Below, piece after piece: positions 1-8,396 of a stretch of DNA of 32,000 nucleotides. The position numbers and the translations under genes are program-made. Within the stretch, counting starts at the first letter, position 1. The number at the start of each line of letters is the position of its first letter. This DNA comes from Methanothermobacter marburgensis str. Marburg (GTDB taxonomy: Archaea > Methanobacteriota > Methanobacteria > Methanobacteriales > Methanothermobacteraceae), in assembly GCF_000145295.1 (NCBI RefSeq), contig NC_014408.1, positions 210,001-242,000 on the forward strand, read 5' to 3'. The notes below the pieces were generated by a model. It did not search any database. It saw nothing but the letters and a program-made list of their open reading frames with translations, and was not told the origin of the DNA.

Positions 1-1562
1 TTTGTGAGGGTGTCAATTATGTTCTCACCCAGGGGGCTCACACGTATTTTCTTACCCTCAATGTACTTCCTGTCATAGAGTTTGGCTATTATATCGGCAC
101 GGGTTGACTTGGTTCCAAGGCCCCTCTTCTCCAGTTCCCTTATGAGTGAGGCTTCGTTGTATCTGGCTGGAGGTTTTGTCTCTTTCTCCAGGGTGGATAC
201 CCCCACAACGCCCATAACATCGCCCTCGGATATATCAGGGAAAACCTCATCTTCAATTCGGGTGTAGGGGTAGCTGTCCATCCATCCCCTCTTGCTCACC
301 CTCTTTCTTGAGAAACTGAACTCCTCTCCTCCTATTTCAAGGTCGACCCTCATTGTCTGTAGAACGGCATCCTCACCGAATACGCTGATGAAACGGTGGA
401 CGATGAGTTCATAGATCTTTCTTTCATCACTGGAAAGATCTGATGGGAGAAGACCTGTCGGGTGTATTGCAGGGTGTGCATCATCCACCTTTTTACCCTC
501 GTGGGGTTTGAGGGGTTCACTGAGCCCTTCAATGTGCGCACCGAAACGGGGGTCCTCTGAAAGTCTGTCCAGTATCTTACGGTAACCTATGCTTTCAGGG
601 AGTTTCTGGGATGATGTCCTGGGATAGGAGGTGTAACCCTCGGTGTAGAGGTTCTGTGCGATGGTCTGGGTCTTCTTGGGGCTGAATCCAAATACACGGT
701 ATGCCTCTGACTGGAGTGATCCAAGGTCAAAGGGCACAGGCGGTTTCCTTACGGTGTCCCTTACCTTCACACCTCTGACCGAGGCATCGCTGCCACTACA
801 CCTCTCAAGGACCTCATCAACTAGGGGGCGCTGGAATATCTTACCCCTTCTGCTCTCTGCCACGATCCCCGATTCCAGTTCTGCCTGGATTATCCAGTAG
901 GGGACCGGTTCGAATTCCCTTATCTCCTTCTCCCTTTCAACGAGTATAGCAAGGGTGGGGGTCTGAACCCTCCCGGCAGATAATTTAATGAAGCGGTTGG
1001 TGGCCTCCTTCACGGATTTCATGAGGGACCTTGAGATGTTAACACCAAATATGAAGTCAAGGATGTGCCTTGCAGCGCCGCTGTCCACCTGCCCGCAGTC
1101 AAGTTCTATGGGTTTCTCATATGCGCTCTGTATCTCCTCCCGTGTGAGGGTTGAGAACTTCATCCTGACGGTTTTCTGGAGCGCATCCTCGCCGCAGCCA
1201 TATCTGATGGCGTTGAAACCGATGAGTGTACCCTCTATGTCGTAATCACAGGCATGTATGTAGCGGTCAGCGCCGGCAGCGAACTTTTTTATTACATTGA
1301 GGTAATCCTTAACGTAGTTCTTCTTCTTATCAATCTCATGAAGGGGCGCCCATTCAAGGTCAAAGAAGTGCTCTTCTCCGGGTTTACTCGGGCGAAGTGA
1401 ATAAAGGTGACCAACCGCCGATACGATGGTCACCCTTTTATTGCCTTCAGAATATTCCCAGTAGGACACCTTCCTGTACTTCTTTCTCTCCGCATCTGGA
1501 AAGAGTGCTCCTGCGATCTTCTCTGATGACTTGGGCTTCTCACATATTATAACTTCGTGCAT
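1..1562 (-). CDS. topA: DNA topoisomerase I (type IA), N-terminal ~520 aa; C-terminus lies beyond the window start
   Basis: The minus strand is open from the ATG at 1562 to the window edge, so it is absent from the closed-ORF track. My translation is [21 protein letters not shown]...[22 protein letters not shown]...[21 protein letters not shown]. This shows a Toprim acidic cluster plus the SAGRVQ(S/T)P segment typical of type IA topoisomerases. A GTGGT SD-like motif lies just 5' of the ATG. Confidence 0.9.
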   Translation of the reverse strand, partial: MHEVIICEKPKSSEKIAGALFPDAERKKYRKVSYWEYSEGNKRVTIVSAVGHLYSLRPSKPGEEHFFDLEWAPLHEIDKKKNYVKDYLNVIKKFAAGADRYIHACDYDIEGTLIGFNAIRYGCGEDALQKTVRMKFSTLTREEIQSAYEKPIELDCGQVDSGAARHILDFIFGVNISRSLMKSVKEATNRFIKLSAGRVQTPTLAILVEREKEIREFEPVPYWIIQAELESGIVAESRRGKIFQRPLVDEVLERCSGSDASVRGVKVRDTVRKPPVPFDLGSLQSEAYRVFGFSPKKTQTIAQNLYTEGYTSYPRTSSQKLPESIGYRKILDRLSEDPRFGAHIEGLSEPLKPHEGKKVDDAHPAIHPTGLLPSDLSSDERKIYELIVHRFISVFGEDAVLQTMRVDLEIGGEEFSFSRKRVSKRGWMDSYPYTRIEDEVFPDISEGDVMGVVGVSTLEKETKPPARYNEASLIRELEKRGLGTKSTRADIIAKLYDRKYIEGKKIRVSPLGENIIDTLT

Positions 1563-1579
1563 CTTACCACTCAGAATCG

Positions 1580-1735
1580 TCACCTGTAGAATCCATAGAA
1601 GTCACTGCAGTAGCTGCACATCGGGTACTTACCGTAATGATAATGGCTTGAGTCATCGGCGTTTATGTTGAACTTCTTATGGCATATGAAGCACACTTCT
1701 ATCTTTTCTTCGTCTGAGGACTTCCCTTCACACAT
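1580..1735 (-). CDS. Small zinc-ribbon-like protein (51 aa), function unknown
   Basis: Starts at the internal ATG (M50) of track ORF 1580..1882; the upstream part of that ORF overlaps serB out of frame. Sequence: [51 protein letters not shown], with two CxxC pairs (CFIC, CSYC). A GGGGATCA SD-like motif lies 3 nt upstream of the ATG. The gene sits 10 nt after the serB stop and 17 nt before the topA start. Confidence 0.5.
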   Translation of the reverse strand: MCEGKSSDEEKIEVCFICHKKFNINADDSSHYHYGKYPMCSYCSDFYGFYR

Positions 1736-1745
1736 ATATGATCCC

Positions 1746-3233
1746 CTAAACGATCCTGTGCTTCTGAAGAAGAAGGATTTCATCCTTTGTAAGCTTTTTG
1801 CCCTCTTTGAATTTCTCATATATTTCACGGGCTCTCTCCTTCTCCTCAAGATCCCTTTCACGGGTGGCCCTTCTTTTAACATTTCTATTTTCTGATCTGA
1901 GGGCGTTGATCCTTTCGTTTATCCTCTTAATTTTGCCAAGGGTTGACTTGAATTCCTCATGTTTCTCTGAGGCCATCCTGCGGAATTCAAGAAACTTCTC
2001 ATGGGCTTCATCAGCCTTCTTACGTATCTCGTCTGTCTTTCTGAAGTACTCAAGCATCCCCTCATGATACTTCTGGGCCTCCTCTGAAAGTGAGACCACC
2101 TTCTCGTGGTATTCCTCTGATTTCTTCCTGAGTTCAAGGGCCTTCTGTCTGGTCTCCTCATCCTCCTGGATCTTCATGAGCTTCTTACGTAGTTCATTGG
2201 CGGTCTTGACCAGTTCATTCTCCTTGTTAATGTCAAGGACCCTTGTTTCTATGATCCTATCTATCCTACGGATCTCGTTCTCTATCTTTATCCTGTCACG
2301 CCCACCGGATGACCACTCAAGCTTCTTTATCTCCTGGTTTATCTCGTCCCTGAGCTTCTTGTTCTCTTCAACCTTTGCATTTATCTCATTACGTCTGTCC
2401 CTGAGTTCAACAGCCCTGTTGAGGGTTTCACGAAGTTCGGTGTTGAGTTTATCCCTGAGTTCCTTCATTTCACGGGCCTTTTTATTCAGTTCATCCCTTT
2501 CAGATGCCAGGCCTGAGAGCTTCTCCTCGTATTCATTTTTAAGGTCCATTACCTCATCGTAGCCGAGTTTATCCAGCTTATCGTCCACCTCAGCTATTTC
2601 CTCGATGATGGGCAGTATTTTTCTGAGATCCCTCTCCTCAACCACGGCGTCAGCCTTCTTCCTGAGCGCAGGTTTTGCATTGAATGCTATCCCCAACCTG
2701 GCCGCCTGTATCATGGATATGTCGTTGGCGCCATCACCAACAGCAACACATTCGCTGGTGCTTATACCCTCCTTATCGAGGATTTTACAGAGAACATCAT
2801 ACTTTGAGTTTTCCACAAGAGGGCCGCTCACTTCACCGGTCAGCACACCGTCCTCTTCATGGAGTCTGTTGCAGAACAGATAATCAATACCAAGCTTATC
2901 TTTGATGGGTTCGGCCACCAGGTCAAAGCTTCCACTTATAACCGCAACACGGTAACCCTTCTCCTTGAGGGTTCTGATGGCCTCCTCGGCACCCTCCATG
3001 AGGGGTAATTCCCCTGCAACTGCCTTTATATCCTCAACCGCTGTCCCCTTGAGGAGTTTCACCCTCTCCCTTATGGAGGATTCAAAGTCAACATCACCCT
3101 GCATGGCCTTTTCGGTGATCTCCATTACCTCCTCCTCGACTCCAGCGATCTTTCCTATCTCGTCTATGGCTTCCCCATCAATAATGACATTGTCAAGATC
3201 GAAAACTACAAGTTTAATCAAAAATATCACCAT
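1746..3233 (-). CDS. serB: Phosphoserine phosphatase (HAD, SerB-type) fused to a ~280-aa C-terminal coiled-coil domain
   Basis: The N-terminal ~215 aa carry SerB-type HAD motifs: FDLDNVIIDGE, VISGSFD and GDGANDISMIQAARLGIAFNAKP. Residues ~215-495 are continuous E/K/R-rich coiled-coil-like sequence (ELRDKLNTELRETLNRAVELRDRRNEINAKVEENKKLRDEINQEIKKLE...). The ATG at 3233 shares one base with the tbp stop (TAATG). Confidence 0.85.
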   Translation of the reverse strand: MVIFLIKLVVFDLDNVIIDGEAIDEIGKIAGVEEEVMEITEKAMQGDVDFESSIRERVKLLKGTAVEDIKAVAGELPLMEGAEEAIRTLKEKGYRVAVISGSFDLVAEPIKDKLGIDYLFCNRLHEEDGVLTGEVSGPLVENSKYDVLCKILDKEGISTSECVAVGDGANDISMIQAARLGIAFNAKPALRKKADAVVEERDLRKILPIIEEIAEVDDKLDKLGYDEVMDLKNEYEEKLSGLASERDELNKKAREMKELRDKLNTELRETLNRAVELRDRRNEINAKVEENKKLRDEINQEIKKLEWSSGGRDRIKIENEIRRIDRIIETRVLDINKENELVKTANELRKKLMKIQEDEETRQKALELRKKSEEYHEKVVSLSEEAQKYHEGMLEYFRKTDEIRKKADEAHEKFLEFRRMASEKHEEFKSTLGKIKRINERINALRSENRNVKRRATRERDLEEKERAREIYEKFKEGKKLTKDEILLLQKHRIV

Positions 3234-3778
3234 TAAATCAGATCTAACTCGGCAAGCCTTGCCTTGGTCTTTTCAACTCCAAGCTTAGCGTCCTCAGCAC
3301 TCTTGGCACCTGTGCACACAACCTTCCCTGAACCGAAGAGCAGCAAGACAACCTTGGGTTCATCCAGCCTGTAAACAAGGCCAGGGAACTGTTCAGGTTC
3401 ATATTCCGTGTTCTCAAGTCCCAGGGCAACGGCCTCAAGGTTCAGTGGTTTCCCGAGGTTTGCCGAGGCAACAATGTTCTGGATCTTTATCTCAAATTCC
3501 TCGGGTATATCAGGGTCCATGGTCCTCATCATATCAACTGTGAGTTTTATGGCCCTCTTGGAATCCTCAATGGATTTTGCACCTGTACATACCAGTTTAC
3601 CTGATCCAAAGATCAGAGCAGCAGTTTTAGGCTCCTTTAATTTGTATACAAGACCAGGAAACTGTTCTCGGTTAAAATCAACATTTTCAAGGGCTTCAGC
3701 AACTGTCTGGAGATCAATGGATTTCCCAAGGGTTGCAGAAGCAACAATATTTTCTATCTTGATATCCACATCTGTCAA
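3233..3778 (-). CDS. tbp: TATA-box binding protein
   Basis: 181 aa with two internal TBP repeats (IENIVAS...QFPGLVY(K/R)L..PK...L(I/L)FGSGK(L/V)VCTGAKS). TTG start at 3778 is preceded by GGGAGGT. Confidence 0.97.
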   Translation of the reverse strand: MTDVDIKIENIVASATLGKSIDLQTVAEALENVDFNREQFPGLVYKLKEPKTAALIFGSGKLVCTGAKSIEDSKRAIKLTVDMMRTMDPDIPEEFEIKIQNIVASANLGKPLNLEAVALGLENTEYEPEQFPGLVYRLDEPKVVLLLFGSGKVVCTGAKSAEDAKLGVEKTKARLAELDLI

Positions 3779-3968
3779 CTAGATACCTCCCGGTGAAGTT
3801 TAAACCTACATATAAATTTAAATGCACCTATATTAATATTGACGTAAAAAACTAGTTATTATAGATAATAATATATTTAATAATTCAGAGGGTGCATTGA
3901 AATCATTCACACCCTTCTGGCTGTTCCCTGTAAAATTACTCACCCCTTTATAACACAATTTAAATAAT
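3779..3968. promoter_or_regulatory. AT-rich divergent promoter region (tbp operon leftward, hypothetical/CYTH pair rightward)
   Basis: 190 bp without ORFs. TATA-like elements occur on both strands: TTTAAATTTATATG on the minus strand around 3809-3824, TATATTAATATT at 3829-3840, and TTTATAAC/TTTAAATAA at 3946-3966. No transcription start site data are available. Confidence 0.45.
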
Positions 3969-4034
3969 TTGATTTTCATAGTGATAACATATACAGCATT
4001 CTTTAGGACCCAGGGTCCTTGCTGGGGGGATGAT

Positions 4035-4430
4035 GTGGTTATCGATCCGAGAATCTACAAGGAACAGGTTGAGGAACTTGGAGTTGAGGGACTTGAAATA
4101 AATCCCTCAAACAGGGAGGAGGCCCTTGAGCTTCTGGGGGAGGTTGAAGGATACATAAAAAACCTTAAGAGGATAAGGTACAATCTCCATATGGACATGA
4201 GGATCATCAGAAGGCAGTACCTTGAGAGAATGAGGGCCCCTGAGGTGAAGGGAGACCTGCGCAAGAGAAAGAGCATCCTGGATGAAAGGGACGATATCCT
4301 CGGTCCATATGAGGGTGTTGACAGGATCATAGATGCCCTCCTTGAAGAACTTGATGAATCGGCACAGTTTTTAAGGGAATACACTGGACTTGAGGATACC
4401 TCTGTATCCAGTGGTATTGAAGGGTGGTAG
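4035..4430 (+). CDS. Hypothetical acidic helical protein (~131 aa)
   Basis: The track ORF 3969..4430 begins with TTG, and its first 22 codons lie over the TATA-like elements. A GTG at 4035 is preceded by GGGGGGATGAT (SD-like), so I place the start there; this start is uncertain. No motif recognised. The stop lies 3 nt before the CYTH start. Confidence 0.5.
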   Translation: MVIDPRIYKEQVEELGVEGLEINPSNREEALELLGEVEGYIKNLKRIRYNLHMDMRIIRRQYLERMRAPEVKGDLRKRKSILDERDDILGPYEGVDRIIDALLEELDESAQFLREYTGLEDTSVSSGIEGW

Positions 4431-4433
4431 AGT

Positions 4434-4967
4434 TTGATAGAGGTTGAGGTTAAGGCTAAAATTTCCAGTGGGGATGAGGTAAGCGAGCGCATAATATCAC
4501 TTGGGGGGCGCCATGTTTCAGATGAGGAACAGACTGACATATACTTCAATGCCCCCCACAGGGACTTTGCAGAGACCGACGAAGCGCTGAGAATAAGAAA
4601 AACAGGTGAAAGGACATTCATAACCTACAAGGGTCCCAAAATTGATGATAGGAGCAAGACCCGGAAGGAACTGGAGGTTGAGGTTGCAGACGCTGAAACA
4701 GCAGCAGGGATACTGGAGTCCCTTGGCTTTCGAAGGGTTAGGGATGTCTTGAAGGAGAGGAGGACCTACTCACTCGAGGATTTCACCATATCCATTGACA
4801 CCGTGAGGGGCCTCGGGACCTACCTTGAAATAGAGAGGGACCTACCTGATGGCAGTGACTACGGGGATGCCCTCAGCGAGATATTTGAGCTCTACAGAAA
4901 ACTGGGGGTAAGCGAGGGATTCGAGAGAAAATCCTACCTTGAACTTCTTGAGGCTGAAGCTGAATAG
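4434..4967 (+). CDS. CYTH-domain protein (CyaB-like class IV adenylyl cyclase / triphosphate tunnel metalloenzyme family)
   Basis: N-terminal MIEVEVKAKI is the ExExK signature of CYTH. It is followed by ALRIRK, TYKGPK, KELEVEV and TYLEIE beta-strand acidic/basic pairs. TTG start after GGGTGGT. Confidence 0.85.
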   Translation: MIEVEVKAKISSGDEVSERIISLGGRHVSDEEQTDIYFNAPHRDFAETDEALRIRKTGERTFITYKGPKIDDRSKTRKELEVEVADAETAAGILESLGFRRVRDVLKERRTYSLEDFTISIDTVRGLGTYLEIERDLPDGSDYGDALSEIFELYRKLGVSEGFERKSYLELLEAEAE

Positions 4968-5246
4968 GCTTGGGTCAGGCAGAATCTGGGTAATCTGGGC
5001 TTCTTGAGCTGAAGATGGTTACACTTCATGAGCATGGAGGCTGAAAAGCGCCGGACAACCACAGGCAATTAAAACCAGCACCCGCCGTAACTGCCCATTA
5101 TCCACATCTGAACTACAGGACAACCACCACCAGATAAGGCATGTGGCCGGAAGACGGCTGAACTCTCAAACCTTTTATACTTAAATATCAAATTTAAATT
5201 AATACTAGAGTCTTCATTTTAATAAATCAGTTAAGGTGGTAATCCC

Positions 5247-6422
5247 TTGAAATACTTCGTCAGTCCCTTCAATAAGGAAGCTGAATTAGAATTTCCCGAT
5301 AAGATCACGATTTACGATACAACACTCCGCGACGGGGAACAGACCCCAGGGGTATGCCTCGGAACCGAGGAAAAACTTGAAATAGCCAGAAAACTGGATG
5401 AACTTGGCATACACCAGATAGAAAGTGGTTTCCCAGTCGTATCAAAGCAGGAAAAGGTTTCAGTAAAGACAATAGCCAATGAAGGCCTCAATGCAGATAT
5501 ACTGGCCCTGAGCAGGACAAAGAAGGAGGACATAGACGTTGCAATTGACTGTGACGTTGATGGTGTTATCACCTTCATGGCCACATCTGACCTCCACCTC
5601 AAACACAAACTCAAACTCACAAGGGAGGAGGCCCTCAACGTGTGCATGAACTCCATAGAGTATGCAAAGGACCACGGCCTCTTTCTGGCATTCTCAGCAG
5701 AGGACGCCACAAGGACTGACCTGGACTTCCTCAAGCAGATATACAAGAAGGCTGAGAGCTACGGGGCAGACAGGGTCCATATAGCAGATACGGTGGGTGC
5801 CATAAGCCCCCAGGGAATGGACTACCTTGTAAGGGAACTTCGAAAGGATATAAATGTTGACATAGCGATGCACTGTCACAATGACTTTGGCATGGCACTC
5901 TCAAATTCAATAGCGGGGCTCCTGGCAGGTGGAACCGCAGTTTCAACCACAGTTAACGGTATAGGTGAAAGGGCCGGGAACACATCCCTTGAGGAGCTTA
6001 TAATGGCCCTGAGGATAATCTATGACATTGACCTTGGATTCAACATCAGCGTCCTCTATGAGCTGTCAAGGCTCGTTGAGAAGCACACCCGCATGAAGGT
6101 GCCTGAAAACAAGCCCATTGTTGGAAAGAACGTCTTCAGGCATGAGTCAGGCATACACGTGGACGCGGTGATAGAGGAACCCCTCACATATGAGCCTTTC
6201 CTCCCTGAGATGATAGGCCACCAGCGTAAGATAGTCCTGGGCAAACACTCAGGTTGCAGGGCAGTCAAGGCAAAACTTGAGGAGTACGGTATAGAGGTTA
6301 CAAGGGAGGAACTCTGCAGGATAGTGGAGGAGGTAAAGAAAAACAGGGAGAAGGGGAAATACATTAACGATGAACTCTTCTACAGGATCGTAAGGTCTGT
6401 GAGGGGGCCTGTTGACTTCTAG
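5247..6422 (+). CDS. aksA: Homocitrate synthase (short IPMS/HCS-family enzyme; coenzyme B 2-oxoacid elongation)
   Basis: IYDTTLRDGEQ, HCHNDFGMALSNS and GIGERAGN are motifs of the DRE-TIM 2-isopropylmalate/homocitrate synthase family. At 391 aa it lacks the LeuA C-terminal regulatory domain. It is immediately followed by an aconitase-family large subunit. TTG start after AAGGTGGTAAT. Substrate assignment rests on context and remembered methanogen literature. Confidence 0.75.
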   Translation: MKYFVSPFNKEAELEFPDKITIYDTTLRDGEQTPGVCLGTEEKLEIARKLDELGIHQIESGFPVVSKQEKVSVKTIANEGLNADILALSRTKKEDIDVAIDCDVDGVITFMATSDLHLKHKLKLTREEALNVCMNSIEYAKDHGLFLAFSAEDATRTDLDFLKQIYKKAESYGADRVHIADTVGAISPQGMDYLVRELRKDINVDIAMHCHNDFGMALSNSIAGLLAGGTAVSTTVNGIGERAGNTSLEELIMALRIIYDIDLGFNISVLYELSRLVEKHTRMKVPENKPIVGKNVFRHESGIHVDAVIEEPLTYEPFLPEMIGHQRKIVLGKHSGCRAVKAKLEEYGIEVTREELCRIVEEVKKNREKGKYINDELFYRIVRSVRGPVDF

Positions 6423-6486
6423 GTGGCTGGAATGAACATAAGCGAAGGGATTGAAGGTATCCTTAGATAGTTTTCAGGTGGTTAAA

Positions 6487-7743
6487 ATGAACATCACAGA
6501 GAAGATCCTTGCAGATGCAGCCGGAGTGGCTGAGGTCACACCCGGCGAGATAATAGAGGCTAGGGTTGACCTTGCAATGACCCACGACGGCACATCACCC
6601 CCAACAATCCGCACATTCAGGGAGATAGCCTCAAGGGGAGGCCCCGACAGGGTATGGGACCCTGAAAGAATGGTCATGGTATTCGACCACAACGTACCAC
6701 CCAACACAATAGGGGCAGCAGAGTTCCAGAGGGTAACATCTGAATTCGCATCTGAGCAGGGAATAAATAATATCTTCAAGAACGCTGAGGGCATATGCCA
6801 CCAGGTCCTCCCTGAGAAGGGATTTGTACGCCCAGGAATGGTCATAGTTGGTGCAGACTCACACACCTGCACATACGGGGCATTCGGTGCATTCGCAACT
6901 GGAATGGGCGCCACGGACATGGCAATGGTATTCGCCACAGGAAAAACCTGGTTCATGGTGCCTGAGGCAATGCGCATCGAGGTTACAGGCGAACTGCAGG
7001 GGTTCACCACAGCAAAGGATGTTATACTGAAAATCATAGGGGAAATAGGCGTTGATGGTGCAACATACCGGGCTGTGGAGTTCACTGGAAGCACGGTTGA
7101 TGAAATGGACGTTGCCGGAAGGATGACCATCTGCAACATGGCAGTTGAAATGGGGGCCAAAAACGGTATAATGGAGCCCAGCAGGAGGATAATCCAGTAT
7201 GTAAAGTCCAGGACAGGGAGAGACTTCCGGGTTTACCGTTCAGATGGGGACAGCCAGTACGTGGAGGACCACCACTTCGATGTCTCTGACCTCGAACCAC
7301 AGGTTGCCTGCCCCGACGACGTGGATAATGTGGCACCTGTTTACAGGGTTGAGGGAACCCACATAGACGAGGCATTCCTTGGTTCATGCACAAACGGCCG
7401 CTACGAGGACCTCAAAATGGCAGCAGAGGTCCTTGGGGATAGAAGGGTCCATGATGATGTGAGGTTCATAGTTTCACCCGCCTCAAGGGAGATCTACCTC
7501 AGGGCACTGGAGGATGGGATAATAGAGACCTTCCTAAGGGCAGGGGCCATAGTCTGCAACCCAGGTTGCGGGCCCTGTCTCGGGGCCCACATGGGGGTCC
7601 TGGCTCCAGGGGAGGTTAGCATAGCCACAACCAACAGGAACTTCAGGGGAAGGATGGGTGACCCATCATCAAAGGTCTACCTGGCCAACCCGGCGGTTGT
7701 GGCTGAATCAGCAATTAAAGGGGTGATCAGTGCACCCGAATAG
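6487..7743 (+). CDS. hacA: Homoaconitase / isopropylmalate-isomerase-type large subunit (aconitase family)
   Basis: Shows MTHDGTSP, ADSHTCTYGAFGAFATG, GSCTNGR and NRNFRGRMG aconitase-family Fe-S ligand motifs. I place the start at ATG 6487 (MNITEKIL), preceded by AGGTGGT, rather than the track start 6451. Homoaconitase versus LeuC cannot be distinguished from sequence alone. Confidence 0.75.
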   Translation: MNITEKILADAAGVAEVTPGEIIEARVDLAMTHDGTSPPTIRTFREIASRGGPDRVWDPERMVMVFDHNVPPNTIGAAEFQRVTSEFASEQGINNIFKNAEGICHQVLPEKGFVRPGMVIVGADSHTCTYGAFGAFATGMGATDMAMVFATGKTWFMVPEAMRIEVTGELQGFTTAKDVILKIIGEIGVDGATYRAVEFTGSTVDEMDVAGRMTICNMAVEMGAKNGIMEPSRRIIQYVKSRTGRDFRVYRSDGDSQYVEDHHFDVSDLEPQVACPDDVDNVAPVYRVEGTHIDEAFLGSCTNGRYEDLKMAAEVLGDRRVHDDVRFIVSPASREIYLRALEDGIIETFLRAGAIVCNPGCGPCLGAHMGVLAPGEVSIATTNRNFRGRMGDPSSKVYLANPAVVAESAIKGVISAPE

Positions 7744-7815
7744 AAAATAAGGTGAATTCTTAAAGTGATATGATTCCATCACCATGTGATCAGCGCACCT
7801 GAATAAAAAAATGGG
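7723..7815 (+). repeat. Duplicated hacA 3' terminus: real copy 7723-7752, ghost copy 7786-7815 (63-bp offset)
   Basis: GTGATCAGTGCACCCGAATAG versus GTGATCAGCGCACCTGAATAA: 18/21 identical, 24/30 over the extended match. Confidence 0.75.
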
Positions 7816-7843
7816 AAGACCCGCATTATGAGGGAGGCAGGAA

Positions 7844-8386
7844 ATGGATGTCAATGTCTTGGAGGAGATTGAACGCATCGAGAGGATAATAGGGAGGCTC
7901 TCAAACACCCAGAAGATACTGCTATCAACAGACGGCTCGGTAACAAGGATACTTGACGTGCTGAGGGGAACAGTGACCATAAGGACCATAAAACAGGAAT
8001 TCATACCATCAACTCCAGAAATCGCAGATAAACTCAGGATATCCCCCGGGGAAATGGTTAATCACCGGGTGGTTGTGATAGGGAATAATGAACCGCTAAT
8101 ACACGCAGTATCATACATACCACTATCAAGGCTTGAGGATGGCTTCAGAGAGGACCTCATAAGGGCGGATATACCCATAGGAAGGATACTGAAGAAGCAC
8201 AGCATAGAATCCCGCAGGGAGATAGAGATCCTTGACATAGAAAGCCCCAGCAGAGAACTCAGGGAAATATTCAAAACAGACTCCCCCATGCTCACAAGGA
8301 CCTACAACATAATCCACCAGGACGAGGTGCTCATAAGGATAAAGGAGACCTTCCCATTCGACTGGTTCAGGGAAGAATTCCGGTAA
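7844..8386 (+). CDS. DUF98 / chorismate-pyruvate-lyase-like (UbiC fold) family protein, function unknown
   Basis: 180 aa. LSTDGSVTRILD near the N-terminus and a C-terminal ...LTRTYNIIHQDEVLIRIKETFP resemble the conserved blocks of the UbiC/DUF98 family as I remember them. GGGAGG SD-like motif 7 nt upstream of the ATG. Confidence 0.55.
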   Translation: MDVNVLEEIERIERIIGRLSNTQKILLSTDGSVTRILDVLRGTVTIRTIKQEFIPSTPEIADKLRISPGEMVNHRVVVIGNNEPLIHAVSYIPLSRLEDGFREDLIRADIPIGRILKKHSIESRREIEILDIESPSRELREIFKTDSPMLTRTYNIIHQDEVLIRIKETFPFDWFREEFR

Positions 8387-8396
8387 CGGTGTTTTC

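Noticed and set aside
82-1245. Four short plus-strand ORFs (61-85 aa) at the left end
   Set aside because: All lie antisense to the open topA frame, which has clear Toprim and type IA motifs.
1580-1882. Full 100-aa version of the zinc-ribbon ORF
   Set aside because: Its first 49 codons overlap the serB 3' end in another frame and are Arg/Lys-rich junk. The internal ATG at 1735, with an SD-like motif after the serB stop, is the credible start.
4055-4621. 188-aa minus-strand ORF overlapping the hypothetical gene and the CYTH start
   Set aside because: It is Ser-rich and low-complexity, and lies antisense to a gene carrying the ExExK CYTH signature.
6474-7393. Minus-strand ORFs (228 and 103 aa) opposite hacA
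   Set aside because: These are antisense shadows. The plus strand carries aconitase Fe-S motifs.
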